This document shows positions 28,323-38,037 of a stretch of 64,000 bases of DNA, piece after piece (position 1 is the first letter of the stretch; each line of letters opens with the position of its first letter). Location: NCBI GenBank assembly GCA_031459625.1, contig JAVKIH010000008.1, positions 18,359-82,358 of the forward strand, given 5' to 3'. Below the pieces are notes generated by a model, which ran no database searches, was not told the DNA's origin, and saw nothing but the letters and a program-made list of their open reading frames with translations. The DNA comes from Candidatus Geohabitans tengchongensis (GTDB taxonomy: Bacteria; Sysuimicrobiota; Sysuimicrobiia; Sysuimicrobiales; Humicultoraceae). The translations under genes and the position numbers were made by a program.

Positions 28323-28328
28323 TATACT
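28323..28328 (+). promoter_or_regulatory. Putative -10 (TATACT) for tRNA-Val
   Basis: TATACT 15 nt upstream of the tRNA 5' end. Confidence 0.3.
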
Positions 28329-28343
28329 GAGGGTGTCTGCCGC

Positions 28344-28418
28344 GGGCGCTTAGCTCAGAGGTAGAGCGCCTCTCTGACGCAGAGGAGGTCGGAGGTTCAA
28401 GTCCTCCAGCGCCCACCA
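28344..28418 (+). tRNA. tRNA-Val (anticodon GAC)
   Basis: Hand-folded cloverleaf: acceptor GGGCGCT/AGCGCCC, D arm GCTC-AGAGGTA-GAGC, anticodon arm CCTCT-CTGACGC-AGAGG (U33, anticodon GAC), variable loop AGGTC, T arm GGAGG-TTCAAGT-CCTCC, discriminator A, encoded CCA. 75 nt. Confidence 0.9.
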
Positions 28419-28431
28419 CTCGAAAATGTAG

Positions 28432-28462
28432 ACGGGACGCGGGGTTTCGCACCGCGTCCCGT
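28432..28462 (+). terminator. Hairpin immediately downstream of tRNA-Val
   Basis: acgggacgcgg-ggtttcgca-ccgcgtcccgt: perfect 11-bp stem followed by GTTACGCTT (weak U tract). Confidence 0.45.
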
Positions 28463-28602
28463 TACGCTTCCTTCCCGCCGGAGGCCCTGACTACAGCTTA
28501 ATTACAGCCATTCTAAGGGAATCACCGAGTGCACGCGGCGCAGCCAGTCTTCTGCGAACTCCCCGAACCGCGCCGTCCGCGAGGCGGCAGGTTCGAGATC
28601 CC

Positions 28603-28754
28603 TAGGCGCGTTTGGCCTCGCGCTGCGCGAGCACCTTCCGGGCCAGGCGCCGGCCCTCGTCCCCTTCCCCGATGGTCTGTCGGATCCGCTGGCCGCTCGC
28701 CGCGATGTTGTCGATGAAGAACACGACACGGCTCCGCCACGTACGCTTGTGCAT
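28603..28754 (-). CDS. Small hypothetical ORF (50 aa) in a lower-GC stretch
   Basis: MHKRTWRSRVVFFIDNIAASGQRIRQTIGEGDEGRRLARKVLAQREAKRA; basic C-terminus. Could be a small DNA-binding or antitoxin-like protein, but no family match by eye. Confidence 0.25.
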
Positions 28755-28884
28755 AAATCCCCCTCCCCGGGGTACGTCGCAGGTTCTGAGAGCGGGCCCC
28801 AGGGAGCTGAGGTACCCGCTCCGAGAAGGACAGCGATCCCCAGTCCTGTGAAGATCGCGACCAGCAGCCATACAGCGAAAACGC

Positions 28885-29343
28885 CTAGCGCGGGATCTTC
28901 CGGCGCAGCGTCAGCTCGCTGCGCCCACTGTCCTTGTCGAGGACGACCTCGTCGACGAAGGTGCGGATGAGGAAGAAGCCCAGTCCCGGGCGGCTGAGGC
29001 TGCTCGGCCGGCCCGGCGGGGGCAGCTCCCAGGCCAGGTGGCGGCTCGTGGTGCGGCACTCGAAGACGCCGCGGCGCACGCGGTGCTGCACCCGCACCAG
29101 GTCCTCCTGGCGGCTGGGGGAGCCGTGGGTGGCGGCATTCGCGACCGCCTCGTGGACGGCCATCGCCAGGTCCCAGGCGGCCTGCTCGGCGAAGCCGGCC
29201 TCCCGCGCCCGTCGGTAGATCTCGGCCCGGATGGCCTGAAAGGGGACCTGCCCGGCCACGTCCTCGAAGATGGTCGTCCATTCGTTGTCGGAGCCAACGG
29301 AGGGGTGGGAGTGCGTCGGCGTGCCGTTGGCGGGACCTTCCAC
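28885..29343 (-). CDS. Anti-sigma regulatory factor Ser/Thr kinase (RsbW/SpoIIAB-like, HATPase_c)
   Basis: N-box-like AVHEAVANAATHG and G-box-like RPGLGFFLIRTFVDEV, plus ~150 aa size, typical of partner-switching anti-sigma kinases. Confidence 0.7.
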   Translation of the reverse strand: MEGPANGTPTHSHPSVGSDNEWTTIFEDVAGQVPFQAIRAEIYRRAREAGFAEQAAWDLAMAVHEAVANAATHGSPSRQEDLVRVQHRVRRGVFECRTTSRHLAWELPPPGRPSSLSRPGLGFFLIRTFVDEVVLDKDSGRSELTLRRKIPR

Positions 29344-29367
29344 CAGCGCCTCCTCCTGGCCCGGGGG

Positions 29368-29730
29368 TCAGTTCCCGCGCGGGTCCTCCATCAGGAAGGC
29401 CGTCGCCGCGGCCACGCTGTCACAGACCTGAATGCGCTCGTCGAGCCGGACGATGTTCAGCAGTCGCCGAATGGACGACCGCTCCGGCGCCACCAGCGCC
29501 AGGCGGGTGCCGTGCTCGCTGGCCAGCACGGCGATCTGGTCCAGCACGCGCAAACCGCTGGCATCGAAGAACTCCGCCTCCGACAGATACACCACGAGAT
29601 CCCGCCCCCGCCGCGCGGCCTCGGCCAGCCTGGTGCGGAGCGCCGGCGCGGTCAGGATGTCCACCTCACCCCGCACGCGGACGATCGTGACTGCATTCCC
29701 TTCCACGATGACCTCCAACGTGTCCGGCAT
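29368..29730 (-). CDS. Anti-sigma factor antagonist (STAS domain, RsbV/SpoIIAA-like)
   Basis: MPDTLEVIVEGNAVTIVRVRGEVDILTAPALR...LSEAEFFDASGLRVL is the STAS-domain pattern including the phosphorylatable Ser in DASGL. Strong RBS GGGGGAGGG. Confidence 0.8.
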   Translation of the reverse strand: MPDTLEVIVEGNAVTIVRVRGEVDILTAPALRTRLAEAARRGRDLVVYLSEAEFFDASGLRVLDQIAVLASEHGTRLALVAPERSSIRRLLNIVRLDERIQVCDSVAAATAFLMEDPRGN

Positions 29731-30012
29731 GGCCCTCCCCCTTGCCAGGCCGACACTCCGACCACCAGGTGCCCTCGGCCAGTGGTGGGAAGGCTTCACC
29801 GTGGCTGCCCTGTCCCCTGCCCTGCAGGCCGCCGTCACCGGCAGGGCGCGCATGCGCATCCGCCAGGCGGGACATTTCCCCTCGAGACCGTACATTCTGT
29901 GGTAGACGTCGCCGGGTGGGTCGCTGCTCGGCTACCGGCAGCAGCCCCCCGGGGAGGGATGCCTCGTCCCTGTCCCGGAGCGGGGCGCCCCCTGCGCTGT
30001 TCGGGAACGGGC

Positions 30013-30639
30013 ATGGAGCTGGCCACCGTCATCAAGAACCGCTCGATGTGCCGGCGCTACCACGACCGTGACGTGGAACCGGAGAAGCTGGCGCGCATCC
30101 TCGACCTGGCCCGCCGCTTCCCCTCGGCCGGACACACCCAGCCCCAGGAGTTCATCGTCGTGCGGGACCAGGCGGTGAAGGACGCCCTGGCCCAGGCGGC
30201 GCTGGCACAGACCTTCCTCGCCGAGGCGCCCGTGGTGATCGCCGTCGTCGCCGACACCCGCCGCTCGGCCGCCCGCTACGGTCAACGGGGCGTCCACTTC
30301 TACAGCCTCATCGACGGGGCGTTTGCCGCCATGCTCGTCTTGCTCGCCGCGGTCGACCAGGGGCTGGGGGCCGCCTTCGTCGGGGCGTTCGACGACCGGG
30401 AGGTCCAGCGGGTCCTCGGGGTGCCGGCCCCCGTGCGGCCGATCGGCCTCATCGCGCTCGGTTACTGCCGGGAGGGCGGGCGGCGGCGGCTCCCTCGGCG
30501 CCGGCCGGACGAGATCCTCCACTACGATCGCTACGGCCGCCGGGGGGCCGCGGTGGGAGGCCGGGCTGGCGCTCCTCGGCCTGACCGGGTTCAGCGACGC
30601 ACGGGCGAGGGCGGTGCGGTCACGGCGTCAGTTCCATGA
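30013..30639 (+). CDS. Nitroreductase family protein
   Basis: MELATVIKNRSMCRRYHDRDVEPEKLARILDLARRFPSAGHTQPQEFIVV is a nitroreductase N-terminus. The C-terminal tail is probably over-extended by the lack of stops in GC-rich DNA. Confidence 0.75.
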   Translation: MELATVIKNRSMCRRYHDRDVEPEKLARILDLARRFPSAGHTQPQEFIVVRDQAVKDALAQAALAQTFLAEAPVVIAVVADTRRSAARYGQRGVHFYSLIDGAFAAMLVLLAAVDQGLGAAFVGAFDDREVQRVLGVPAPVRPIGLIALGYCREGGRRRLPRRRPDEILHYDRYGRRGAAVGGRAGAPRPDRVQRRTGEGGAVTASVP

Positions 30640-31645
30640 CCTGCTGCTCCGGGTCCCAGCGGGTGCGCGTGCCGAAGGGGTGGCACAGCCTGGCCAGCAG
30701 CCCGGCGATCGCCTCCGCCTCCGCCGGGTCGGCCCGGGAGGCCTGCATGGCCCGGATCACCGTCGGGTAGAGCCGCACCCGCCGCACCGCCCCCGCCGCC
30801 CACTCGACGATGCAGATCACCGACTGGTCGTTCCGCTCGACCTCGTCGACCGCGTAGTCGTCGACGAAGTCCCCCAGGCAGTAGAGGATCGGGCGACCGC
30901 GGTAGAACTCGACGCCGCGGACCACGTGGCCGGAGTGGCCGAAGATGATGTCCGCGCCCGCGTCGACCAGCGCCCGGGCGAAGGGCGGGTGCTCGGGCGG
31001 CGGGCGGTAGCCCCAGTTCGGTCCCCAGTGGGCGGAGACGACGAGCACGTCCACCTCGGCCTTCGTCCGGGCGACCACCTCCAGGAGGTGCACCGCCCGC
31101 GGGTCCTCGAGGGTGACGGGGACGTACCACACCCCCGGACGGTCGTCCCCGGCCTCCCAGTCGGGCTCGTTGTCCGTGAAGGCGAGCACCCCGACGCGCA
31201 GCCCGCCGCGGACGACCACCGCCGGGCGCGTCGCCTCGGCGAGGGTGCGCCCCGCCCCGGCGTGGGCGATCCCCGCGCGGTCGAGCCGGTCGAGCATCTC
31301 CAGGAGGGCGTCCGCCTCGAAGTCGAAGGTGTGGTTGTTGGCCAGGGCGACGACGTCGATCCCGGCGACCTGGAGCACCTGTACGTTCTTCCCGTCGGAC
31401 CGGAAGTGGAAGACCTTGGGCGTGGCGCTCCACGGCCGGCCGCGGTCGGCGATGACGCACTCCAGGTTGCAGCAGCGGACGTCGGCGGTGCGCACGAGGT
31501 CGAGGGTGTCGCCCCACGGGTAGTCCGGGGGGACCCGCCGCAACAGGTCGTTCACCAGGCGGCCCAGCATGACGTCGCCGACGAAGAGGAGCTGGATCCC
31601 ACCCACGCTTCTATTGTCGACCACCCTGAGCCGCCCGCGGGCCAT
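30620..31645 (-). CDS. CapA family protein (poly-gamma-glutamate biosynthesis-type metallophosphoesterase)
   Basis: [43 protein letters not shown]: CapA/YwtB metallophosphatase signature. Confidence 0.8.
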   Translation of the reverse strand: MARGRLRVVDNRSVGGIQLLFVGDVMLGRLVNDLLRRVPPDYPWGDTLDLVRTADVRCCNLECVIADRGRPWSATPKVFHFRSDGKNVQVLQVAGIDVVALANNHTFDFEADALLEMLDRLDRAGIAHAGAGRTLAEATRPAVVVRGGLRVGVLAFTDNEPDWEAGDDRPGVWYVPVTLEDPRAVHLLEVVARTKAEVDVLVVSAHWGPNWGYRPPPEHPPFARALVDAGADIIFGHSGHVVRGVEFYRGRPILYCLGDFVDDYAVDEVERNDQSVICIVEWAAGAVRRVRLYPTVIRAMQASRADPAEAEAIAGLLARLCHPFGTRTRWDPEQQVMELTP

Positions 31646-31769
31646 GAGGGATCCCGGAGGAATCCCGGCGGTCGCCGCCGACGTTGTTCCTTATGAGCCC
31701 CGGGAACCGGTCTGGCCGGACCGAGGGTGCACGGAGGCCGTCCGGCCGCAGCGGCGAGAGGAGGCCGAG

Positions 31770-32942
31770 ATGCTTCACAACCGTCCTACCGCCCACCTGG
31801 CGCACATCATCGTCCTGACCGTGGTGACCTGGGCGCTGGGCGTCCTCGTCGCCACGGTGCCGGTGGCCGGGCAGGCGCCGCGCTCACCCACGCCCGAGCC
31901 CACCGACGCTCCCGTCCGCGTCGAGACCGTCGCGCGCGGCCTGGAGCACCCGTGGGGGCTGGCCTTCCTGCCGGACGGGCGAATGCTGGTCACGGAGCGG
32001 CCGGGCCGGCTACGCCTGGTGGAGCGGGACGGACGGCTCTCGGAGCCGCTGTCCGGCGTCCCCCCGGTGTACGCCCGGGGCCAGGGCGGGCTGCTGGACG
32101 TGGCCCTCAGCCCGACCTTCGCGCAGGACCGCCTCGTCTACCTCTCGTTCGCGGAGCCGGGGGCCGGGGGTGCCGGAACCGCCGTCGCCCGCGGCCGGCT
32201 CGGGGAACGGGGCCTGGACGGGACCCAGGTGATCTGGCGGCAGCAGCCCAAGGTCGAAGGCCCCAACCACTGGGGGTCCCGCCTGGTCTTCCGGCGCGAC
32301 GGGACGCTCTTCGTCACGCTGGGCGACCGCTTCGCCTACCGGGAGCGGGCCCAGGACCTCTCCACCACCATCGGCAAGATCGTGCGCCTCAACGCCGACG
32401 GATCGGTGCCGCGCGACAACCCCTTCGTGGGCCGCCCGGGCGCGCGTCCCGAGATCTGGTCCTACGGGCACCGGAACGTCCAGGCCGCCGCCCTCCACCC
32501 GCAGACGGGACAGCTGTGGACCGCAGAGCACGGCCCGCGCGGGGGCGACGAGCTGAACCACCCGGAGGCCGGCAAGAACTACGGCTGGCCGGTGATCACC
32601 TACGGGGTCGACTACTCCGGCGCCCGCATCGGCGAGGGGACGGCGAAGCCGGGCATGGAGCAGCCGGTCTACTACTGGGATCCGGTCATCGCGCCGTCAG
32701 GGATGACCTTCTACACCGGCCAGGTCTTCCCCGACTGGCGGGGGAGCCTCTTCATCGGCTCGCTGCGTCCGGGGCTGCTGGTGCGGTTGACGCTGGCCGA
32801 CGGCCGCGTGACCCGGGAGGAGCGCTACCTGGCGCACCTACGGGAGCGCATCCGCGACGTCCGGCAAGGGCCGGACGGCCTGCTCTACCTGCTCACGGAC
32901 AGCCCCGAGGGGCGCATCCTGCGGGTGGCCCCGGCGCGCTAG
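31770..32942 (+). CDS. PQQ-dependent sugar dehydrogenase (soluble glucose/sorbosone dehydrogenase family)
   Basis: Signal/TM N-terminus, then GSDH-family motifs ([48 protein letters not shown]). Confidence 0.8.
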   Translation: MLHNRPTAHLAHIIVLTVVTWALGVLVATVPVAGQAPRSPTPEPTDAPVRVETVARGLEHPWGLAFLPDGRMLVTERPGRLRLVERDGRLSEPLSGVPPVYARGQGGLLDVALSPTFAQDRLVYLSFAEPGAGGAGTAVARGRLGERGLDGTQVIWRQQPKVEGPNHWGSRLVFRRDGTLFVTLGDRFAYRERAQDLSTTIGKIVRLNADGSVPRDNPFVGRPGARPEIWSYGHRNVQAAALHPQTGQLWTAEHGPRGGDELNHPEAGKNYGWPVITYGVDYSGARIGEGTAKPGMEQPVYYWDPVIAPSGMTFYTGQVFPDWRGSLFIGSLRPGLLVRLTLADGRVTREERYLAHLRERIRDVRQGPDGLLYLLTDSPEGRILRVAPAR

Positions 32943-32991
32943 CGCCGGGCGCCGCCATCGCACACCAGACGACGGGGAAGGGGGTGGTCTC

Positions 32992-33411
32992 ATGACTCCA
33001 GTGGATTGGGGGTTGCTGGTCCTGCGCGTCGGGCTGGGGGTGACGTTCCTGCCTCACGGCTGGAACAAGATCACCCCCCGGGGCCCGATGAGGGGGCCGG
33101 CGGGGTTTGCTGGCTGGCTGCGGCAGCTGGGGGTGCCGGCGCCGCTCTTCTTCGCCTGGGTCGTGGCGCTGATGGAGTCGGTGGGGGCGGTGCTGCTCAT
33201 CCTGGGGCTGCTCACGCGCCTGATCGCGCTGGGCCTGGCCATCAACATGCTCGTGGCCATCACGCTGGTCAAGCGGGGGATGGCCAAGAAGCGCTTCATA
33301 GAGGCGGACGGGACCGGATGGGAGTTGGAGTTCGCCCTGCTGGTGGCGGCGCTGGCGCTGGTGCTGGCGGGGGCTGGGCGGATCGCCCTCGACCCGATGG
33401 TCGGGCTGTAG
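32992..33411 (+). CDS. DoxX family membrane protein
   Basis: MTPVDWGLLVLRVGLGVTFLPHGWNKI is the DoxX N-terminal signature; 139 aa, 4 TM. Confidence 0.75.
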   Translation: MTPVDWGLLVLRVGLGVTFLPHGWNKITPRGPMRGPAGFAGWLRQLGVPAPLFFAWVVALMESVGAVLLILGLLTRLIALGLAINMLVAITLVKRGMAKKRFIEADGTGWELEFALLVAALALVLAGAGRIALDPMVGL

Positions 33412-33636
33412 CATGAAGGGTACGGCACTCCCTCTTCCAGTCCTTTCTTCCAGTGAAGGGGAATCCCCCGACCGCCAGATTGCCAGCTCCATGGATCCAC
33501 CCGCCATCGTCACTGAGGGGGGAGTGTCCGTGCGCGGCATCGAGATCCGGGACCGGGGAGCGTACCTGACCAGGCGTCACGCCGATGCTCCGTCGGCGCG
33601 GCAGGCCTTTCAGGTTCGGGAGTAGAACACCCCCTC

Positions 33637-34290
33637 GTGTTCCTGGGTCACTACGGGGCGGCCTTCGCCGTCAGGCCTGCCGCGCCGCGTCTCCCGTTGG
33701 GGACCTGCGTGCTGGCGGCGCAGTGGGCCGACCTGCTGTGGCCCGCGCTGCTGCTGGCGGGGGTCGAGCGGGTGCGCATCACCCCGGGCACGACCGTCCT
33801 GAACCCCCTCGAGTTCATCCACTACCCCGTGAGTCACAGCCTCCTGGCCCTGGTCGGTTGGGGAGTCGCGCTGGGCGGGCTCACCTGGTGGCGCCGGCGG
33901 GCCCTGGCGGACGGGGTCGTGATTGCCGCCCTGGTAGTCAGCCACTGGGTTCTCGACCTGTTCGTCCACCGGCCCGACCTGCCGGTCTGGCCCGGCAGTC
34001 CGCCAGCAGGCCTGGGCCTATGGAACTCCCCACTCGCCACGTACCTGCTCGAGGCCGGCACCCTGCTCGTGGGGCTGGTGCTCTACCTGCGCGCCACCGT
34101 CCCCCGTGACCGCGTGGGGGCTCTGGCGCTGTGGGGGGTCGTCCTGGTGCTCGCGGCGGCGTACCTCGCGGGCGTCCTGGGCCCGCCCCCGGCTTCCGTC
34201 CAGGGGGTGGCGGTGACCGCGCTGGTGGGCGGCTGGGCGCTCGTGGCCTGGGCCTACTGGATCGACCGGCACCGCAGGGCGGCCTCGTAG
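33637..34290 (+). CDS. Membrane-bound metal-dependent hydrolase (YdjM/DUF457-like)
   Basis: His-rich membrane protein (GHYGAAF, HYPVSHS, SHWVLDLFVH) with 5-6 TM segments. Confidence 0.5.
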   Translation: MFLGHYGAAFAVRPAAPRLPLGTCVLAAQWADLLWPALLLAGVERVRITPGTTVLNPLEFIHYPVSHSLLALVGWGVALGGLTWWRRRALADGVVIAALVVSHWVLDLFVHRPDLPVWPGSPPAGLGLWNSPLATYLLEAGTLLVGLVLYLRATVPRDRVGALALWGVVLVLAAAYLAGVLGPPPASVQGVAVTALVGGWALVAWAYWIDRHRRAAS

Positions 34291-34400
34291 CACCGACCCA
34301 CCTTCGCTCGGGTGGCTACACTCGGGGACAGGCGGCCACCCAGGACGACCAGGAGCACGGTTACGGCCAGCGGGCCGGGAGGCGCAGCACCAGACCGCGG

Positions 34401-34434
34401 GCGCCCTCGACCCGCACGCGCCCTCGACTCGCAC
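34401..34434. repeat. 17-bp tandem direct repeat x2 upstream of the efflux operon promoter
   Basis: gcgccctcgacccgcac / gcgccctcgactcgcac (one mismatch). Confidence 0.35.
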
Positions 34435-34451
34435 GCGCATACCGTCGCTAC

Positions 34452-34497
34452 TTGACAGTGGACCCCGACCCCGACTATTGATTGATCGATCAATCAA
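34452..34497 (+). promoter_or_regulatory. Promoter (-35 TTGACA) overlapped by a 20-bp perfectly palindromic operator
   Basis: TTGACA at 34452-34457. TTGATTGATCGATCAATCAA (34478-34497) is a perfect 20-bp palindrome positioned over the -10/TSS region. A TetR-family repressor gene lies inside the downstream operon. Confidence 0.5.
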
Positions 34498-34547
34498 TTT
34501 CTTCCCCGTCGATGGTCGTTCGGCGTGTGGGACTGCGGGGTGGCAGG

Positions 34548-35963
34548 ATGCGCGTGGGGGGCAGGGGGTCGACGTCGGGCAGGGGGTGGGACGGCGGCCG
34601 GCGGCACGGACGTCGTCCGCAAGGGCGACCGGGCTCCCTGGCGGTCTCCCTGGTCCTGGGCCTCGTGCTCGTGAGCCAGCCCATGCCGGCGGCGGCCCAG
34701 CCGGCACCGGCGGAGCGGTCGCTGACCTTCGCCGAGGTGGCGACGGTGGCGCTGCGGGACAGCCTGCAGCTGCGCGCGGCTGCCTTCGAGGTGGCCGTGG
34801 CGCAGGCGCAGCTCGCCCAGGCCCGCGCCGGGCGCGGGCCTCAGCTCACCGTGACGGGCAGCTACACCCGCATCCAGGAGCGCCCCGGCCAGCAGATGAC
34901 CATCCCCAACCCGTTTGGCGATCCGCCCACCGTGACCATCACCCTGCCGCCGCCCGACCCCAACGTCCTGGCGGTGCGGGTGGCCCTGCAGTACCCGCTC
35001 TACACGGGAGGACGGCTGGAGGCGCAGGTGGCCCTGGCGGAGGCCAACCTGCGCGGGGCGGAAGCCGTCTTCGCCCGCGTCCAGCAGCAGGTCGTCTCCG
35101 CGGCCCAGCAGCTCTACCTGCGCGGCCTGGCCGCCCAGGCCAACCTGCGGGCGGCGGCGAACGCGCTGGCGCAGGCGGAGGAGGGCCTGCGCGTGGCGCG
35201 TGCGCGCGAGCGGGCGGGGGTCGCGGCGCGCGTCGACGTCGTGCAGGCGGAGGTGGCGGTGGCGGGCGCGCGCCAGGGCGTGGCGCGCGCAGACGCCACG
35301 GTGCGCAGCGTGGAGGCCGAACTGAACGCTGCCCTCAACCTCCCCCTGAGCACCCCGCTTCGCCTGACGGAGGCCCTCGTCCCCCGCCCGGTCTCTATCA
35401 CATTGGAGGCCGCCGTGCCGCGGGCCCTGGAGGCCCGGCCCGAGCTGCGCGAACTGCGCGCCCGCCAGGACGCCGCCCGGGCGGCCATCGAGCTGGCGCG
35501 GAGCGGGGCGCGACCCAACGTCACCGCCGCCGTGAACTACGACGTGGGCGGGGGCGGGCTGACGAACCTGAGCGGCGCCTGGTCGGTGACGTTCGCGGTG
35601 ACGCTGCTCCTCTCCGACGGGGGCGTTACTCGCGAGCGCGTCCGGGAAGCCGAACTGCGGCTGGAGCAACTCGGCGTCCAGGAGGCGCAGGTGCGCCAGC
35701 GGATCGAGCTGGAGGTGCGGCAGGCCTTCCTGGCGCTGCGGCAGGCGGCGGTGCAGATCGAGGCCGCACAGCAGGGGGTGGAGCAGGCGCGCGAAGCGCT
35801 CCGGCTGGCCCGGGTGCGCTACGAGGCCGGCGTGGGGACGGTGCTGGAGGTCCTGGCGGCTCAGACGGCGCTGGCGCAGGCGGAGGCACAGCACGCGGCG
35901 GCGCTCTTCGAGCAGAACCAGGCGCGGCTGGCGCTCCTCCTGGCCATGGGCGGCGCGTTCTGA
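34548..35963 (+). CDS. TolC-family outer membrane efflux protein
   Basis: Signal peptide ...LAVSLVLGLVLVSQPMPAAA; two repeats of the outer-membrane-factor helical/beta pattern (LYTGGRLEAQV, ...RYEAGVGTVLEVLAAQTAL). Start ambiguous (34512 or 34548). Confidence 0.7.
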   Translation: MRVGGRGSTSGRGWDGGRRHGRRPQGRPGSLAVSLVLGLVLVSQPMPAAAQPAPAERSLTFAEVATVALRDSLQLRAAAFEVAVAQAQLAQARAGRGPQLTVTGSYTRIQERPGQQMTIPNPFGDPPTVTITLPPPDPNVLAVRVALQYPLYTGGRLEAQVALAEANLRGAEAVFARVQQQVVSAAQQLYLRGLAAQANLRAAANALAQAEEGLRVARARERAGVAARVDVVQAEVAVAGARQGVARADATVRSVEAELNAALNLPLSTPLRLTEALVPRPVSITLEAAVPRALEARPELRELRARQDAARAAIELARSGARPNVTAAVNYDVGGGGLTNLSGAWSVTFAVTLLLSDGGVTRERVREAELRLEQLGVQEAQVRQRIELEVRQAFLALRQAAVQIEAAQQGVEQAREALRLARVRYEAGVGTVLEVLAAQTALAQAEAQHAAALFEQNQARLALLLAMGGAF

Positions 35964-36007
35964 GGGCGGGATGCGGAGGTGGCGGCGGTGCGCCACGGGG
36001 GTGAGCG

Positions 36008-36697
36008 GTGAGCCGGGGAGGGCGGACGCAGGAGCGACGGGCCGGAGGGACGGGACGGGGAAGGAAGGCGTCGGGAGACCGGCGCGAGCAGATCCTGGAA
36101 GCCGCCTTCCGCGTCTTCAGCCGCAAGGGCTTCACCGGCGCCACCAACCGGGAGATCGCCGAAGCCGCCGGGATCACACCGGGCCTGATCTACTGGTACT
36201 TCCCCACCAAGGAGGCCCTCTTCCTGGAGACCGTGTACGCGAAGTCCCCGGTCCTGGCCGTCGTGCGCCTGACGGACGAGCTGCTGGAGGCCCCGCCGCG
36301 GGCGTTCTTCTCCCGGGTGGCGTCGATGATCTTCGAGCACATCTACGAGCAGCCGCGGATGATCGCGACGCTGCGGTTCCTCCTGGCCGAGGCCCTCCGC
36401 ACGCCGGCCGTGCGACGGCTGTTCCGGGAGCACGCCCTCCGGCGTGGGCTGGAGGCCCTGGCCCGGTACATCGCCCACCAGGTCGAACGCGGGACGCTGC
36501 GTCCCGTGGATCCCCAGATGGCCGGACGGCTCTTCCTGGGGATGGTGATGTCCCAGGTGCTGCTGGGCCGCCTGCTCGAGTTCCCCCCACCCGGGCCGAC
36601 GCGGGTGCTGGTGGACGAGCTGGTGGAGACCTACCTGCGCGGCGTGCTGCGGATGCCGGAAAGGCCTGGAGCGGGAGGAGGGCGGGGGAGCTCATGA
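36008..36697 (+). CDS. TetR/AcrR family transcriptional regulator
   Basis: HTH EQILEAAFRVFSRKGFTGATNREIAEAAGITPGLIYWYFPTKEALF. Confidence 0.85.
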   Translation: MSRGGRTQERRAGGTGRGRKASGDRREQILEAAFRVFSRKGFTGATNREIAEAAGITPGLIYWYFPTKEALFLETVYAKSPVLAVVRLTDELLEAPPRAFFSRVASMIFEHIYEQPRMIATLRFLLAEALRTPAVRRLFREHALRRGLEALARYIAHQVERGTLRPVDPQMAGRLFLGMVMSQVLLGRLLEFPPPGPTRVLVDELVETYLRGVLRMPERPGAGGGRGSS

Positions 36698-38034
36698 GGC
36701 GCGTGCGGATCGCCGTCGTGCTGGTCGGGCTGGTCGGCGCGGCCGTCGCCTACGTGGTCTGGCCGCGGGCGCGCCCCGACCCCACCCGGCTGGAGGCCTC
36801 GGGGACGATCGAGGTCGCGCACGTGGACGTGGCCCCCAAGGTGGCCGGCCGTGTGGCAGCGCTCCACGTCCGCGAAGGGGACCAGGTGGCGGCAGGTCAG
36901 GTGGTGGCCGAGTTGGAGCGCGAGGAGCTGGAGGCGCAGGTCCGTCAGGCCGAGGCCAGCCTGGCGGCGGCCCGCGCGCGGTTGCGCCTGGCCGAGGCCG
37001 GGGTGGCGCTCGCCCGAGCGCAGACCGAAGCGTCGGTGGCACAGGCCCGGGCCGCCGAGCAGGGCGCGCGCACCCGCGTGCCCCAGGCCGCGGAGGCGGC
37101 GGCGTTGCAAGGCGAGGCCGTGGCGGCGCAGGTGGGCCAGGCCCGGGCGCAGGTGACCGCTGCCGGGGCGGTGTTGCGGGCGGCCGAGGCCGCCCTGCGC
37201 GGGGCCGAGGCCCGCGTGCGGGCCGCGCAGGCCGCGCTCGATGGGGCCAGGGACGAGGCCCGCCGGGCAGAGCTCCTGTTCCGGGAGGGGGCCATGGCGG
37301 CCCAGCAGGCGGAGGCGGCGCAGACGGCGGCCCTCGCCGCCGCGGCGCAGCTCGACGCCGCACGGGCCGAGCGGGACGCCCTCCGCCAGCAGCGCGTGGC
37401 GGCGGATGCGGCCCTGCGCCAGGCCCGGGCAGCGTTGGCGGCCGCGGAGGCCAACCAGCGCACGGTGAGCGTGCGCCGCCTCGACGTGGCGGCGGCGCAG
37501 GCGCAGGTCCGGCAGGCTGAGGCCGCCACCATGGGCGCCCGCGCCGGCCTGGTGGCCCTCCGGCAGCGGGAGCAGGAGGTGGCGGCGGCTCGGGCCGCCG
37601 TGGCGCAAACCGAGGCCGCCCTGGCCCTGGCCCTGGCTGTCCGTGACCAGACCGTGCTGCGCGCGCCGCTCCCCGGCACGATCATCTCGCGCCAGCTCGA
37701 GGTCGGCGACTTCGCCGCACCCGGCACCCCCGTCCTGACAATCGCGGATCTGACCCGGGCCTACCTGCGCGTCTTCGTCCCCGAGACGGCCATCGCGCGG
37801 GTGCGGCTGGGGCAGCCCGTGGAGGTGCGGGTCGACGCCTTCCCCGACCGCGTCTTCCGGGGACGGGTCCAGGAGGTGGCCAGCCGGGCCGAGTTCACCC
37901 CCGGCAACGTGCAGACCCGGGAGGAACGCACGAAGCTGGTCTTCGCCGTCCGCGTCGAGGTCCCCAACTCCCACGGCCTGCTCAAGCCGGGCCTGCCGGC
38001 CGACGCCGTGATCCTGACCGCCGTCGAGCCCTGA
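36694..38034 (+). CDS. HlyD-family membrane fusion / periplasmic adaptor protein
   Basis: N-terminal TM (IAVVLVGLVGAAVAYVVW), long Ala/Gln-rich coiled coil, C-terminal beta-barrel (GQPVEVRVDAFPDRVFRGRVQEVASRAE). ATGA overlap with the tetR stop. Confidence 0.8.
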   Translation: MRRVRIAVVLVGLVGAAVAYVVWPRARPDPTRLEASGTIEVAHVDVAPKVAGRVAALHVREGDQVAAGQVVAELEREELEAQVRQAEASLAAARARLRLAEAGVALARAQTEASVAQARAAEQGARTRVPQAAEAAALQGEAVAAQVGQARAQVTAAGAVLRAAEAALRGAEARVRAAQAALDGARDEARRAELLFREGAMAAQQAEAAQTAALAAAAQLDAARAERDALRQQRVAADAALRQARAALAAAEANQRTVSVRRLDVAAAQAQVRQAEAATMGARAGLVALRQREQEVAAARAAVAQTEAALALALAVRDQTVLRAPLPGTIISRQLEVGDFAAPGTPVLTIADLTRAYLRVFVPETAIARVRLGQPVEVRVDAFPDRVFRGRVQEVASRAEFTPGNVQTREERTKLVFAVRVEVPNSHGLLKPGLPADAVILTAVEP

Positions 38035-38037
38035 GCC

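Noticed and set aside
28180-28452. 90-aa minus-strand ORF containing GGLEPPTSSASE
   Set aside because: This is the antisense translation of tRNA-Val (the classic GLEP...T tRNA-shadow peptide), not a gene.
28585-28612. tRNA T-loop-like string caggttcgagatcc, as a possible second tRNA or att-site remnant
   Set aside because: Flanking sequence cannot form a T stem or acceptor stem, and there is no similarity to the tRNA-Val 3' end beyond the GGTTCGA core. It lies inside the 3' end of the small basic ORF.
35971-36693. N-terminal 240 codons of the 687-aa ORF 35971..38034
   Set aside because: Off-frame overlap of the TetR gene. The real membrane-fusion protein starts at the ATG at 36694 with its TM anchor.
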